Of a stretch of 64,000 nucleotides of DNA, positions 36,785 to 51,055 are shown one piece after another. The notes below the pieces were generated by a model, which saw only the letters and a list, made by a program, of their open reading frames with translations, ran no database searches and had not been told where the DNA came from. Position 1 is the stretch's first letter. Every line of letters begins with the position of its first letter. The DNA is from Nageia nagi (Eukaryota > Plantae > Pinophyta), in the NCBI GenBank assembly GCA_050084985.1, contig JBITNC010000001.1, positions 154,566,001 through 154,630,000 of the forward strand. The letters are read 5' to 3'. A program made the translations under genes and the position numbers.

Positions 36785-37480
36785 TATCATGTATGATGCA
36801 ACATAGTTTTATGGGCTACAATAATTAGAGGAAGTGCATAATGATATAGTACATAGTTTTAAGTAAAAAGGAAATCATGTTTCATTTTATTTTTTTAAAG
36901 TGTTATTAATAATTATTTATACAAATTGATAATTTTTTTTATGGATATAACAATGATGCCCTTAAACTTTTGATTTGATGAAGCACTTGGGAACCAACCC
37001 TAATAGAATAACCTTTGTATATGTTCTACATGCATTTCTAGTGGATGAGAGATAAAAATACTTTAATACCATGAGTGAATATTATAACATGAATTATTAT
37101 ACATCCATTTATAACCTCTTTCTTCATATAGGATATCTTGATGAAGCTTTGAAGTTCATTATCAAGATACCCGCAAAACCTAATTTGGATGTGTGGATGT
37201 GTCTTGTTGGTGCTTATAAATCATATAACAATGTAATAGGGGAATTTATGAAAACAATAATTTTATTAATGGAGCCTAAATATGCTTCATATTATTTTCT
37301 TCTTCCAAATATTTATGCTAAAGTGGGAAATTGGGATGATGTTCAAAGAGTAAGGACATTGATGATAGGAGGAATCAAGAAGATATGATTAGAGGATATA
37401 CAACATAATATGCATGATGAAAATATATTTTCATGAAATGAAATGATTGGAGGGTATGCAATTCATGAATTTACAAATAA
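36785..37480 (+). pseudogene. PLS-class PPR pseudogene, C-terminal motifs and E domain
   Basis: ORF 37071-37388: GYLDEALKFIIKIPAKPNLDVWMCLVGAYKSYNN...EPKYASYYFLLPNIYAKVGNWDDVQRVRTLM..GIKK (E domain). 36955-37070 is paralogous to 13955-14080. Confidence 0.85.
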
Positions 37481-38394
37481 ATTCTATATTCAAACCTTAC
37501 AAATGTATAACTGAATAAACCTTTGATACTTCTTCCTTAAGTACACAAGATATGATTGCATGCCAATATTTTATTAGGATTCATCATGATCTAAACATCC
37601 AACCGTTCTAAAAATTGTATAACATAACTTTATTCAATACAACATAATCACTTATACAATACTGATGAAATCTAGAGATACTACCCTAAAAATAATTGAG
37701 AAGGAAAATCATCATCTAAAATATTGGCACCCCATCAAAGGATTTCAATAAATGACATAATTGGTACTCTCCTTGCACTTGCATATTATAAGAAATAATG
37801 GCTTAATTATAAGTATCAATTTGTGAAAAAAACACTATGATAACTATGATAATAATGTAGACATAATTGAAAATTAAATGTGTTATTACCATAGTGTCAT
37901 GATTATTATCATAGTGGTATGTCTATATATTAATAATTCTATCTACATCATTATGATCTATCAATCATAGTAATCTCTCATAAGTTGATACTTATGATCA
38001 CATTATTTCTTTTTTCATCATTATCTAAGTTTTTCATGAAAATACATATTCAATATCTTCTAAAATATTGAAACTATAGCATATGATATGAAATGATCTA
38101 AATACACTATATGATATGAAAAAGTTATATGAGATTAACTAAGTATATTGGAAACCTTATAAAGTGATACAAGCATAAAATATATTATTTTTAACCTCCA
38201 AAAAAGTCAAACCTCTCACTAAAATATTCAAATATTCCATGTGATATGAAATTATTTAAATACACCATATGATGTGATATGAAATGATTTAAATACATCA
38301 TTTTATTCAAAAATTGGTTTGAAAAAGGAAAGCAATTGTTCAACGTAGAAATATTCTAATTGTTAAAAACCCTTGGGAATAAACCATTGCAACA

Positions 38395-38660
38395 AAACCT
38401 TTCTATGCAAATTAAATGTCTCACCTCACCTCTTGTCTACCACCTCCCCTTTGCAAAAATTAAATGCAAATTAAATGCCTTACCTCACCTCTCTAATCTA
38501 GCTCTCCTATACCCCCTCACCTTTGCAAAAAAATAAATGTAAATAAAATACCTCTACTCTCTTATCCTCTTCTCTCCTCTATCCTAATATTGCTTATGTA
38601 AAACACTCAAAAGAAAATCAAATGCCTCTCCTCTCTTCTCCTCTACTCCCTCACCTTGGA
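38395..38660. repeat. Degenerate tandem repeat alternating TGCAAATTAAATG and pyrimidine (CCTCACCTCT) tracts
   Basis: About 4 units of roughly 60-70 bp. Confidence 0.6.
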
Positions 38661-39309
38661 AAACTTGAAATACCTGATAACTTTCCCAGTGCCTACCTTA
38701 GTTCCTTGTGTGGGAATTTTTTTGTTATAATAAGAGGTGTCTACTAGATCCCCTAATCCTCTCATAGTCATGCCCCTTATTGTAAATCACATGAATTGGG
38801 TAAATAATAGGTTCTTTTCTTAAGTGGGATTCTTTACATAAAGTTTTTATTTAGATCCCACAAACTAGTCATAATACAATCAAAACACATCCAAACTACA
38901 ACCATGTAGCACCGCCAAGTATCCATCAAGGGGATTCAAACTTATGACATCATCCTATTGATTTGAATCATTTCACCTCCATGATGTTTGCTTGGTGATG
39001 AATTATTTTTTTGGGTTGAAATTGAGGGGAAATTTTAACTCACCTCCATATATTTTTAAAGGTCAAGTTAAAACCACCCCATGAAAACCACCACTAAAAT
39101 GCAAAAGAGAGATAGTTTAAAACCATTGCATAAAAAATGCCTCAAATTGACTATGTTTAATATAATTTTCTAGTATAATATTATATACCTATTGAATTAC
39201 ATCATAAAATGGATCATACACTATGAATAGGCCACATAGGTTACCAAATATGCCTTTGTAAGATCTAAGCTTGAATAAAGCTAGGTGTGTAGTGCCAATA
39301 ATTAACCTA

Positions 39310-42300
39310 TCAGTTTGGCAATTTAGAACAATTAAGGGTGAATTATCAAGTCATTTTTTACACTTTTCAGCTACTTTCTTCATCATTTTCCTTATATTTC
39401 TTTTATTTAAGCTTTAATATATATAAATAAATAATTTGAACTTATTATTGGGTTAATTTATGGTGTAAATTGGTGTAACTCATAGATTACACCTAGAATT
39501 GTAATGTAAATCATTTAAAGAAATGTCATAGTAAATTTTTCCATAATAAATCTTCATATTTATCCCAATTTTGTTTTGTATAATGTATTTATGTTTGTAT
39601 GGTGAATGTAAATGCATTTCACATTATAAGTTTATAGTAATAAAATTCATTTGGTATCAAAGCTAGAAGATCAAGGATTGATTTTTTTGTTGGGTTTGAA
39701 AACTATGGGTGTTGTGCAAAAGTTTAGAAAGAGTTTTTGCAAATCCAAGTTCTATTGAAGATTTAATATAATGGAAAGAAACTCAATTTAAATACCAATC
39801 CCTAAATTATATGGTATTGATTATGAATATTGGAGCATCATGATGATGAATCTCTTAGAAGGAAAAGATTTATGGGAGATTGTAGAGGATGACTACAAAG
39901 AGCTAGATGATTGGAGTGTTCTGAGTGAAGACAATAAGAGGGATACTAAGGAGAAGAATAAGAAGAAATTCTTTTCTTGGTATCATATCTAGGATATTCT
40001 TGATAAGAGCATATTCCCATGAATCTCTATCCACAAAAATGCTTTTGATGCATGGAAAGCTTGGAAACAAGGCTACCAAGGAAGTGTTAAAGTGAAGGAG
40101 TTCAAGCTTCATATCTTGAAAAGAGATTTTGAGAATCCCAAACAACATGAAAATTAGTGTGTGGGTGATTATTGTGTAAGGATTAAGGCCATAGTGAATA
40201 AAATGGCCACCCTTGGTGATAATATGGGTAAAGCTTTGGTTGTTAAGAAAGTCTTAATGACTTTACTATCAAAATGGGATAATGTGACTCTTATTATTGA
40301 AGAGACCAAATATATTTACACCATGGAGTTTGATCAATTACTTGACTCTCTTAAATCTTATGAAGAGAGGTTTTTGAGAAGATCCAACATTGGTGCAAGT
40401 CAAGATCAAGCATTCTCATCTAGGGAGAATGAAAGTTGTAATGGAAGAGGTCAAGGTAGAGGCCAGAATGGAAGAAGAGGAAGAAGATGCTCTTCTAAAA
40501 GAGGAATAGGGAGAGATCATATTCTTGATGGTTACCAAGCCAATAGTGCAAGTACAAGCACCAATGCAAGAAAAGGATCTAGTTCTATAGGTAGAGGAAG
40601 AGACAAGAAGAATGTGCAATGTTATCATTATAACAAGTATGGCCATTATGAAAGAGAGTGTAGACTCAAACAAGCATCTCAAAATAGTAGTAGATCAGCA
40701 AATTATGGAGAAGAAGAATCCTATGAAGTAGATTACTTATTTATTTCTATTTTCCAAGAGAAGAATTATGGTGGCAAAGCACTTCTTTCACAAGAAAAAC
40801 TAGAAGATTTCATCATTTATGAAACTTGGGTTCTTGATAGTTGTTGTTCCAACCACATGACCAGAAAGAAGGAGCTTTTTTCATCTCTTTATCATTACTA
40901 TAGTTCCAATATCAAACTTAGGTATGATAAAATATTGGAGGTGATTGCAAAGGGGTAAATGGCAATTCCTACCAAAAGAGGTACTATGAAGGTAAAAAGT
41001 ATCTATTTTGTTCCTAATTTGAAACATTCTCTCTTAAGTGTTGGGAAAATGCTTTAAAATAATTGTAAGTTGGTTTTTGAAGATAAAATATGCTAAATAT
41101 ATGATAAGAACAAAGGTGGAAGGTTGGTTACTATAGTAGAAATGAATAAAAATAAATGTTTTCTCATCAAGTTTGTTGACCAAGGGGGAGGCTTTGCTTG
41201 TGTGAGCATTGATGATAATGCAACTTTATGGCATCTAATATTTGTTCATGTGAATTTTAAAAGTTTATAGCTTTTATCTCCACTTGTGTTTAGTTTTCCA
41301 AAGGTCTAAGATACTATAAAAATTTGTGAAGGGTGTGCTCTTGGAAAGCATGTGAAGGGGTCATTTCCAAATAATGAAGCATGGAGGGTCCAATCTCTTC
41401 TACAACTGGTTCATAGTGATCTTTGTGGACAAATGCAAACACAAAGTATGGCTAAAGCTTCTTATTTTCTTATCTTTATTGATGATTTTTCCAAATATTA
41501 TTAGGTGTATTTTATTAAACATAAAGATGATGCATTTGAGTGCCTCAAGGCTTTTAAAGCTAGTGTCGAGAATCAAAGTGGGAATAATATTAAGTGTTTA
41601 AGGATCGATCATGGTGGTGAGTTTTTCTCTAATTATTTCTTGAATTTTTGAAGAGATTATAGCATTAAGAGGTAATTAACATCACCATATAGACCCCAAC
41701 AAAATGGGGTATTTGAAAGAAAGAACTAGACTTTGATAGAGATGGAAAGATGTATGATGCACATAAAAGGTTTGAGCAATTTTTATTGGATTGAAGCTAT
41801 AAGGATTATTATTTATATTTTAAATAGGATTAATTCAAGGAATTTGGATGATATTACTCCATATGAATGTTATCTTGGAAAGAAGCCAAGTGTGAAACAT
41901 TTTAATATAATTTTTCACAAAATTTTGGTGTCCATAGATGCTATTTTTGATGAAGGGGGAGTTGGAAGTCTCAAAAATTATGATTGTATGTTTGAATAAG
42001 TTTCCTAAAATGATCAAGGAAGTGTTCAACCCATCCATATTTCACATAATCAAGTTCAGCCTATATTTGATTCCTCATAAAAAATGGGATCTTCTAGTGC
42101 ACCATCAAGTCCACCATATGGTTCTTCTTCACCTCCATCACCAAGTGAGTGTGTAAATCAATCAATGAAAGTTAAAATATTGTTGAAAGATCATCCATAT
42201 TCCCAAATGTTAGATCCAAAATTCTCTTGAAAGTTGATAAGGAGTCAACATAAGGAACTTGATACTACATTGCAAAGGCTTAAAAACTTGCAAATGTTGG

Positions 42301-44425
42301 GAGATGAAGATAACAAAGAGTGTAAAGGTGATATGGTAAATTATGAACTTATTTCTACTACTTCTAATGCACATATTTCTAAATATTCTAAAGTTACTAA
42401 ACTTGATGATTTTCAGCCTTTTTGTTCTAAACAAGATTGTTCTAACAAAGTGTGGATGAAGGATATAAATGAGGAGTATATTCCATTATCAAGCATGACA
42501 TGTGAGAGTTATGTGATCTTCCCAAAAAAATAAAATATGTTGGATGTAAATGGATCTACAAGATCAAGGATAATAGTGATGGTTCCATTGAAAGGTATAA
42601 AGCATAGTTGGTAGCAAAAGGGTTCACACAAAAGCATGACATAGAATATGAGGAGAATTTTGCTCCTATTACAAGGCAAGAGATCATTCAAATGGTGCTT
42701 TCATTGGCTTCCCACAAGAATTGGAATGTGCATCACATGGATGTGAAAAGTTCATTCCTCAATGGCTATCTTGATGAAGAGGTATATGTGGGACAACCTC
42801 AAGGTTTTGAGGTTCAATGAAAATAGGATTAGGTATATGGATTGAAGAAGAATTTATATGATATGAAGCAAGATCCAAGAGCTTAGTACACATGAATCAA
42901 TTACTAATTTCTTAAATGTAGCTTTTAAAGAAGTAAGAGTGAGCACACTTTGTATTACATGAAACAAGGTATTGATATTCTACTTGTTTACTTGTATGTT
43001 GTTTATAGGAAGTAGCTCTTCATTATGTGATTCTTTTAAGGATGAGATAAAATATTAATTTGATATGATTTATCTTGGTTTTATTAGTTACTTTTTATGC
43101 ATATAAGTACATCAAACACATGATGAAATATTTCTTTGCCATGCCAAATATGCTAGAAAGATGTTGAAGAAGTTGGGCATGAGTGAATGCAAACTTGTAG
43201 CTATGCCAACTACCCATGGAGAGCTTTTGTGTTTAGATGATAGGGATGAAAAAGTATATAAAATAGAGTATTTATGGATTCTAATGATCATTTATAATAC
43301 AACGTCTAATATATGTTATGTAGTATCTCTTTATTCTATGTACATGGTTGATCCTTCTTGCTTACACTTGAAAGAAGCCAAGAGAATACTAAGGTATGTA
43401 TGTGGTACAAAACATTATGGTATTCATTACTTCTCTATTGATAATTTGAATCTTGTTGATTTTAGTGAAAATGATTGGGGGAGTAATTTTGATGATTAGA
43501 AGTTCACTAGTTGCAACTACTTCTCACTTAGTACTGAGATGATTACCTAGAATTCAAAGAAGCAATATACAATTTTTTTATCTTTTAATAAGGCTAGTGC
43601 ACAAGCCTTATGTATTAGGAAAGTTATTAATGATATTGGTGAGAAACAAGAATATTTTACTAAATTTTTTTATGATAACCAAAGTGCCATTAATTTAGCA
43701 CAAAAACTAATCCACCATGTATGCTCTAAATATTTTGATATCAAGTATCATATTATCAGAGACATGGTGGAGAAGAATTTGATCAAATGAAAGTAGTGCA
43801 ATACTAAGGACCAAGTTGTTGACATATTCATAAAATAATTTTATAGATCACAATTTTTGATATTGAAAGACTAATTGTTATCCCTCTCACCATCAAGGGG
43901 GAGTATGTTAAAAGCTTACTTCATCAAACTTCATAATTTGAGCTCAAAAATGGAAAATATAACCTTTCTAATGAAATGAATCCCCTAGGGTATTTCCTAC
44001 AAAAAAACCACCACATTTTTGAAATGCACTTGCATTTTCTAAAACATGCTAACCCAGTGCATTTTCCCTGAAACACAATTGTGTTTTAGTATGGTAGTTA
44101 AGAATAGTTAAGGGTGAATTATCAAGTCATTTTTTACCCTTTTGAATTGCTTTATTCATTTTTTTCCTTCTATTTTTTTCAATTAAGATTTGATATGTAT
44201 AAATAAATAATATGAACTTTTTCTTGGGTTGGATTATGGTGTAGATTAGTGTAACTCATAGATTGTACCTAGACTTATAATGCAAATAGTTTGATAAAAT
44301 GTCATAGTAAATTTTTCATTAATAAATCTTTAGATATTTCCCAATTTTATTTCATATAATGTATTGATGTTTGTATGGTGAATGTTAATGCATTGTATAA
44401 TATAAGTTTATGTTAATAGACTTCA
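39310..44425 (+). mobile_element. Old Ty1/copia element (copia-2), complete gag-PR-INT-RT-RH order, degenerate
   Basis: 5' LTR remnant ~39310-39649; PBS TGGTATCAAAGC at 39652-39663. Gag (LWEIVE; ORF 40161-40958 with VQCYHYNKYGHYERECR and WVLDSCCSNHMT). Integrase (LQLVHSDLCG, PQQNG..ERKN), RT (HHMDVKSSFLNG), RNase H. PPT AAGGGGGAG at 43895-43903; 3' LTR 43906-44425. No TSD found. Confidence 0.92.
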
Positions 44426-46522
44426 TCTTGGGCTTAAAACAAATTTTGGTAAGGATGATATCTCTCCCATAAAAAAGGTACAATGAAATCTATTTTGTAT
44501 AAAAAATCCCATAAGGAACTATCTTTAGCATTTTTATCTTCAAAGGATTTTACTTTCAATTATACATGATTTTCAAGTAAATTTGTTGCAAATACATTTC
44601 CATTTCTATCATGTATTGTGCTTTGAGGTGTCAAGGACTTACCCATTTTGATGGAAACTATGGATATGAGTTGGAAAATTAGATTTGAAGGTAGGAATGT
44701 TAAAAGCTATGAAAAACCTAAGCTTTTAATCACTTGAAAATGCAAAGGTAAAATGAATAAGGTGCAAACTTGAAAATGGGGTTAAAAATGAATTAAAGAT
44801 TCCTAACTACCCTAATTAATGCAAATATGCACCTTAAAAACCATGCATGTAAAACTTTAAAATTACATATGTACATATAATACAACTTATGCAATTAACA
44901 CATGATGTAAAACTTTCAATGCTGGTCATTTATTGTGATCAAAAGGCTCTAACCATATACTCCCTCTAATTTGAATGTGTTGTTCTAGATTTCTTAAACA
45001 ATGAGGTAAGGTATAAACCATAGAGAATCAAACTTTTAGTGATTCCTAAGCTTGGTACAATCTTTATCTCATTTAAGAACTAGATCACCAAGCTTGAAAG
45101 AAACAATAGATGCATACCTTTTATCAAACCATTTCTTCACTACATTATTTCTCTTTTGAATTTCTTTGTATGAATTCTTTTGGAGTTCATATAAATAGAT
45201 AAGAATAAATGTCCTTACCTATAATGAATTTGCATCATTCATCTCATATAAGTTAAGAAATTGTAATGCTGGTAACTTGATGTGAGATGATAATGTAGCT
45301 ATTTTTTCATAAACTATAACATAAGAAGAATTTTTGATGGACTATTTATAAGTGATTCAGTTCACCCATAATGCAAAGTCAAGATTCTTGTCCCAATCTC
45401 TATCATTTTCATCTAGTTTCCTCTTCAAGATTCTTAATAGATTCTTATTGGTTGACTCAACTAATCCATTACCTTGAGGGTAATAATTGGAAGAGGTTTT
45501 CTAGTAAATACCATACTTAAGATAAAACTTTAAAACTCTAGCTCCCAAAAATGTTGGATTGTTATGTTGTATAATAATTTGTGGGATACCAAATCTTATA
45601 ATAATTCTCTCCATAAATGAGATGATTATATCTTGATCTTGGTATTTAGTAGCAGAGGCTTCCATATATCTTGTAAAATAGTATGTAGCTATCAAGATGA
45701 ATCTATTTGTAGATGAAGATCCTAGGTTGATCATGCTAATAAAATTAAGGCCCCATTACTAGAATGAATCTTCTACTATAATAGGTTGCAATGGAAAGGA
45801 ATCCATTCTTCTCCTTCCCACAAATCTATCATATTTATTATACTCTTTAGCAATTTGAAATAAATTTATATACAAGGAAGGCCAATAAAAACCTTCTTAT
45901 AAAACCTTTGTAGCAGTGGTATATCCTAAATAGTGTCCTTTATAAAATATAGAATAAAATTCCTTTAGAACTTAAATAAATTTCTCTAATAAATATATCT
46001 CAATAGCATCCCATCATGGTTTCTTATGTACAATACATGGTCCATATTGTAATAATTGAGAGCATTTAATTTGAACCTTCTTCTTTGTCAAGCATTGAGT
46101 CCAAATGATAGTCTAGCATTATAAAAATATATACAAAGTTGTGTTATCCAATATTTTGGTTCTTCTGGAACTTCCATAAGTTCTCCATCATCATATTCCA
46201 CTTCAATAATCATGATATGTTCAAAACTCTAATACTTAGCCAATTGTTTGTAAATATCTCTCCCTTAACTACCTTAGTAGGATAAATTTCAACATCATAC
46301 TTTAAAATCTTTGTATTCCATCTAGCTCCACTAGAATCCATCTCACCTTGTAGGATGTAACTTCTAACATCAGGATGAATGATAAGCACTATAATTTTAT
46401 TATGAGAGATGTAATTCTTAAACTTATTAAGGGCTTTAATTATAATGAACACCTATTTTTTAATGAATCCATACCTTTCCTTATCATCATGTAGATTTTG
46501 GATAAATAATGCTATATGATTT

Positions 46523-49500
46523 TGTAGAAACCCAAAAATGACTCTTCTTTCAATAAATGAAGGAATACAAAAAATAAAATGAAAATTAAAAATTTAACTA
46601 TGTTATTCTAATTGCTAGCATTCAACTTTAATTTTTGGTGACTTAGGCCAGATGTTGACATTCTATACTTGGATTCTAATGACTTTATAGTTGGAAAAAG
46701 CAAAATAAAAATAATAATTCCTAAAGTGTATTGGGAAGAAAGCAAAGGATAACATATGAATCATCATCCATCCCATGCATCCCAACTTTGGATCATAGCC
46801 ATGAAAAAGTTGGATAGGATTTTCTATCTTAATTTTTGTCTCAAAAATGAAAACTTTATTTGTTTTTGAAATCTATAAATAAATCCTTCTACAATGAAGA
46901 AAGGGATGCAATTTGAATGCAAAGTTACTCTATCGAGATACATCCAAGTTTACTAAGTTAAGTGTATTAATGTTTCAAGTACTTACATGATTTTTTAAAG
47001 AGAACATCATAAGGAATTAAAGAAAATAGGGAGACCTATATTTCTTGTAGGTTTCAAAATATGGTTTTTGAGGCTTACAGACATTGACAATAGGCCTACA
47101 AAGGCTTGAATATTATTTTATAAAAAACCCTTTTGCAAGGAAATGAATCAAAACAAATTTGTAATTTGTATCATTGAGGTATACTCAAGAGTAATAAAGA
47201 AAAATTTTGATCATGACATATCTTATCTTGTTTGCTAATAGGGGTTACCTTTTGAGTATGATATTCTAGTGATTGATGCTATGGCTTCAATCAAATATTT
47301 GGTACCTAAAAACCCTCATCAACAAACTATTCACATCGAGATAATCCAAATCACTCAATCCTCATTAGAAATGAATGAATTAGACAATGCAATTCTTAAT
47401 ATTACAATGGAAGATAAAAATTTATGGCATATCCAATTAGTGAAGTTTCTAAGAGATGGAATTTTATCTATTAATTTAACAAAATTAGCTAGGAAAGCAT
47501 TCAAATTAAAATCCTCTCATTTTTGTATGCTAGGAAATTTTGTATATTGTAGAGGTTTTGATAGAATATTACTTAGATGATTTGAATGGGTAGATTCACA
47601 AATTACAATCTTATGTGCACATGATGGAATATGTTGAGGGCATTTTAGTAGTCTTGCAATAACAAAATGACTAATGTGTATGGGGTATTATTGGCCCACT
47701 ATGGAACAAGATTGCAAGGCATATGTTTAAAAATGCATTAGATACCAAAAACATTCTAATTTATTTAATTAGCCATCATAATAATTACAACCCATGAAAT
47801 AATTATGTCCATTTCCAAGATGGGCATTAGATCTGATAGGTCAAATATCCCCTATTTCCTTAAGAGGTAATAAACTTATGATAGCAACTACATAATACTT
47901 CACAAAATGGGTTGAAGCCATTCCTATGATTTCAACAAAAGGACCAAATATAGCAAAATTCATATAGCATCATATCATTTATCATTTTGGAAGTCATACT
48001 CAAATTATCATAGATAATAGAAAGAATTTCAAAAAAAAGGAGTATTAGCTTTATGCAAAGGATATCATATCTGAATTAGTTTTTCAACACCATATTACCC
48101 ATAGGGGAATGGAAAATATGAGGCTATAAATAAAACTATTCATAGTATTCTACTCAAAATAATTAACAACTCTCACAAATATTGGCAAGCAAGGATTCTA
48201 CATGCTTTATGGGATTATTGCACTAGTATTCAAAATCCCACTATGGCAACCCTATTTTCTCTAATATATGGGTCAAAAGTAGTATCACCCTTGGAAATAG
48301 AAATTCCATATCCATGAATTTCTTTACAATATTATATCATAGATGAAGCAACCTATCAAATGTGATTAGACCAATTATTGCTCCTATATGAGAGAAGAGT
48401 TAATGCATTAGAACACATGCATACCTATCAAAGTCGTATTAAATGAGATTTTCATAAAATGGTTAAAATTCATGAATTCAATATCGAAGACCTAGTATTA
48501 AAATAAAATCAATAAACTTTGTGGATGGAAAGGTAACTTCATGACAAATTCACCCCTAACTGGGTAGGACCTTACATAATTAAAAGAAAATTTGGTTCAA
48601 CAACATATCACTTAGCCAACTTAGAAGGTAATGAAGAGTGTACACCAATAAATATCATGCATCTTAATCTCTTTTATAGTTAAACTTAATTGATTTTAAT
48701 TGTATATATTGTAAGTATTTACATAATAAATAATAAAATCTTTATAGTGAACTAATAAAAATACATGAATTTAATAGATGGTAACCAAAAGGATTAAGAG
48801 TGTTCATGTACCATTGGAAATAAAAGTAATAAAGGAAGAACCATGGTTTAAGAAGTCTAGATATTTGGGAGATAGGGCCATATCTAGACTCATAGAATTC
48901 TCTTTCGAAGGAGCACAAAATTTTCTTGGATTACCCATTGACATACAAAGGGATATAGCTTTGAGGCATTATCCAAGTATATTTGATGGTTAGAAAATAT
49001 GTGTTAAGGGATATAGCCTTGAGGCAAAATCAAACCAACCATATATACAAAATTCATAATTTATCTCATACTAGCTTCAGTAAATGTTCAACAACATAAA
49101 GGCTTATCATGTACCTACCATAAACAACACATAGTATTGAGATAGATACAAGCATCATTTTGGTATACACAATAATGGTTTATAAAATGTGATGAAGTGA
49201 AAAAGTGATTAGAACATGAGTTGATCATGATTTGACCAATCAAATTTGACTTATTCACAAAAATTAGCTAAAATTAGAACATCAACCAAGCATCAACATA
49301 AGTCAAGGTACTTAGATAAAAATCCCTCATCAAAAAAAATCAAATAAAATCAAAATAATGATGACCAGCATAGCTAAAAATACATAAAAATCTTAATCCT
49401 TCCTTCTAGTTTAGGTTTAGCTTAAGCCTAAAAAATAAAATATATAAATACTTAAGTCCTCCTTCTAGTTTAGGTTTAGCTTATGTACATAACAAAAAAT

Positions 49501-51055
49501 ACAAAAATGATTTAAAGCCTTCTTTTTGCATAGGAATCTAGATGAATAATGTGCACCCTAGGTCCCTTGTAAAGTAAAATTAAGAATAATATCATCAAAT
49601 GCCTCATACACTAGGCTAAAAAAAAGTAAAATTAAAAATTAAAAAAGAAAACCCTAAAAAATTGAAAATGTGTCAAAGGCAAAATGAAACAAGTTTTTCA
49701 CTTATTAATTTGACTAGGGTCAAGCATTCAAAAAAACTAAAACCTATGGATAATTCTAAATTCAAAAAATGACCCTTCTTTTGACAAACAAAAGATAGAC
49801 ATGGTTCGATATGACTAAAAACATGTATTGTATGAACTTTTACGTAAGATCATTATGTAACCTAATAAGAGTATTCATAGGGAAACTTCTTTATCACATG
49901 CTAGCTTTGGCATATGTAAACAAGGTAAGCATCATCACATACCTACCATAAATAATACACAATATAGTGATACTAAAAAGTTCCACTTTGATAATACAAC
50001 CATACTACTTTCAAAATATGTTAAATGCAAAAGATCAAAAGATGAATTTAATTATAATTCAATCAATCAAATTTATATTATTCATAAATAATAGGTTTAA
50101 TCTAAAATAGTGGCTAAAGTTAAAAACACATGTGAAGAAACTTGAATGCATCCACCTTCAGAAAGGTAAATTTTTGAATTATCCTTTGCTTACAAACTAG
50201 TAGATAATTCAAAAAGGGGCAAAATATAAAAACCCAAAAATGAACCTTATTTTGACAGATGAAGGAAGATAAAAAATTAGAAAAAAATTAAAATATTTAC
50301 TATGTTATGCCAATTGCCAATTTCCAACTTCAATTATTGGTGACTCAAGCCAAACATTGGCATTCAATAGCTAGATGCTAGTGAATTTGTAATTGGAAAA
50401 AGCAAAATAAAAATAACAACTCTTGAAGAATCTTGGGAAGAAATCAAAGGATAACGAATGACTTATCATCCATCCCATGTATCCCAACTTTGGATCATAG
50501 CCATGACAAAGTTGGATAGGCTTTTTTTATCCTAAGTTTTATCTCAAAATTGAAAACTTTATTTATTTTTGAAACCTATAAATAAAGTCTTCTACAATGA
50601 AGTAAGGGACTCGATTTGAATACAAAGTTACTCTATCGAAACAAATCTAGGGTTACTTAGTTAAGTGAATTAATGTTTTAAGTACTTACATGATTTTTTT
50701 AAGTTCAATTTTATGCTTATTTCATGATATGAACATGTATGTTTGATGTTTTTTTTGTTTGCATATGTATAGGCTCCATAGGTGTAGAGAAAAAAATTGA
50801 ATAGAGAACATTATAAATATTTAAAGAGAACAAAGAGATCCATATTTCTTTCAAGTTTCAAAAGATGATTTTTGAGGCTTATAGACACTAAAAATAGGCT
50901 TACAATGGCCAAAATATTATTTTATTTGCAAGGCAATGAATTGAAATAGATTCATAATTTGTATCATTGAGGTTTACTCAAGAGTAATAAAGAAAAATGT
51001 TGGTCATGACATATCTTTTCTTATTTGCAAACAAGGTTACTTTTTTAGTATGATA
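46523..51055 (+). mobile_element. Nested Ty3/gypsy (Tat-like) element, internally deleted: LTR-aRH tail-INT-3'UTR-PPT-LTR
   Basis: LTRs 46523-47263 and 50225-51055. TSD GATTT (46518-46522 / 51056-51060). PPT AAAAAGGGGCAAAA ending at 50224. Integrase remnants AHDGIC*GHF, MGYYWPTM, WALDLIG, YFTKWVEAIP, FTPNWVGPY (47600-48680). Confidence 0.9.

Noticed and set aside
37071-37388. 105-aa ORF as a functional stand-alone E-domain protein
   Set aside because: Upstream PPR motifs are frameshifted and conserved residues are decayed; best read as a pseudogene remnant.
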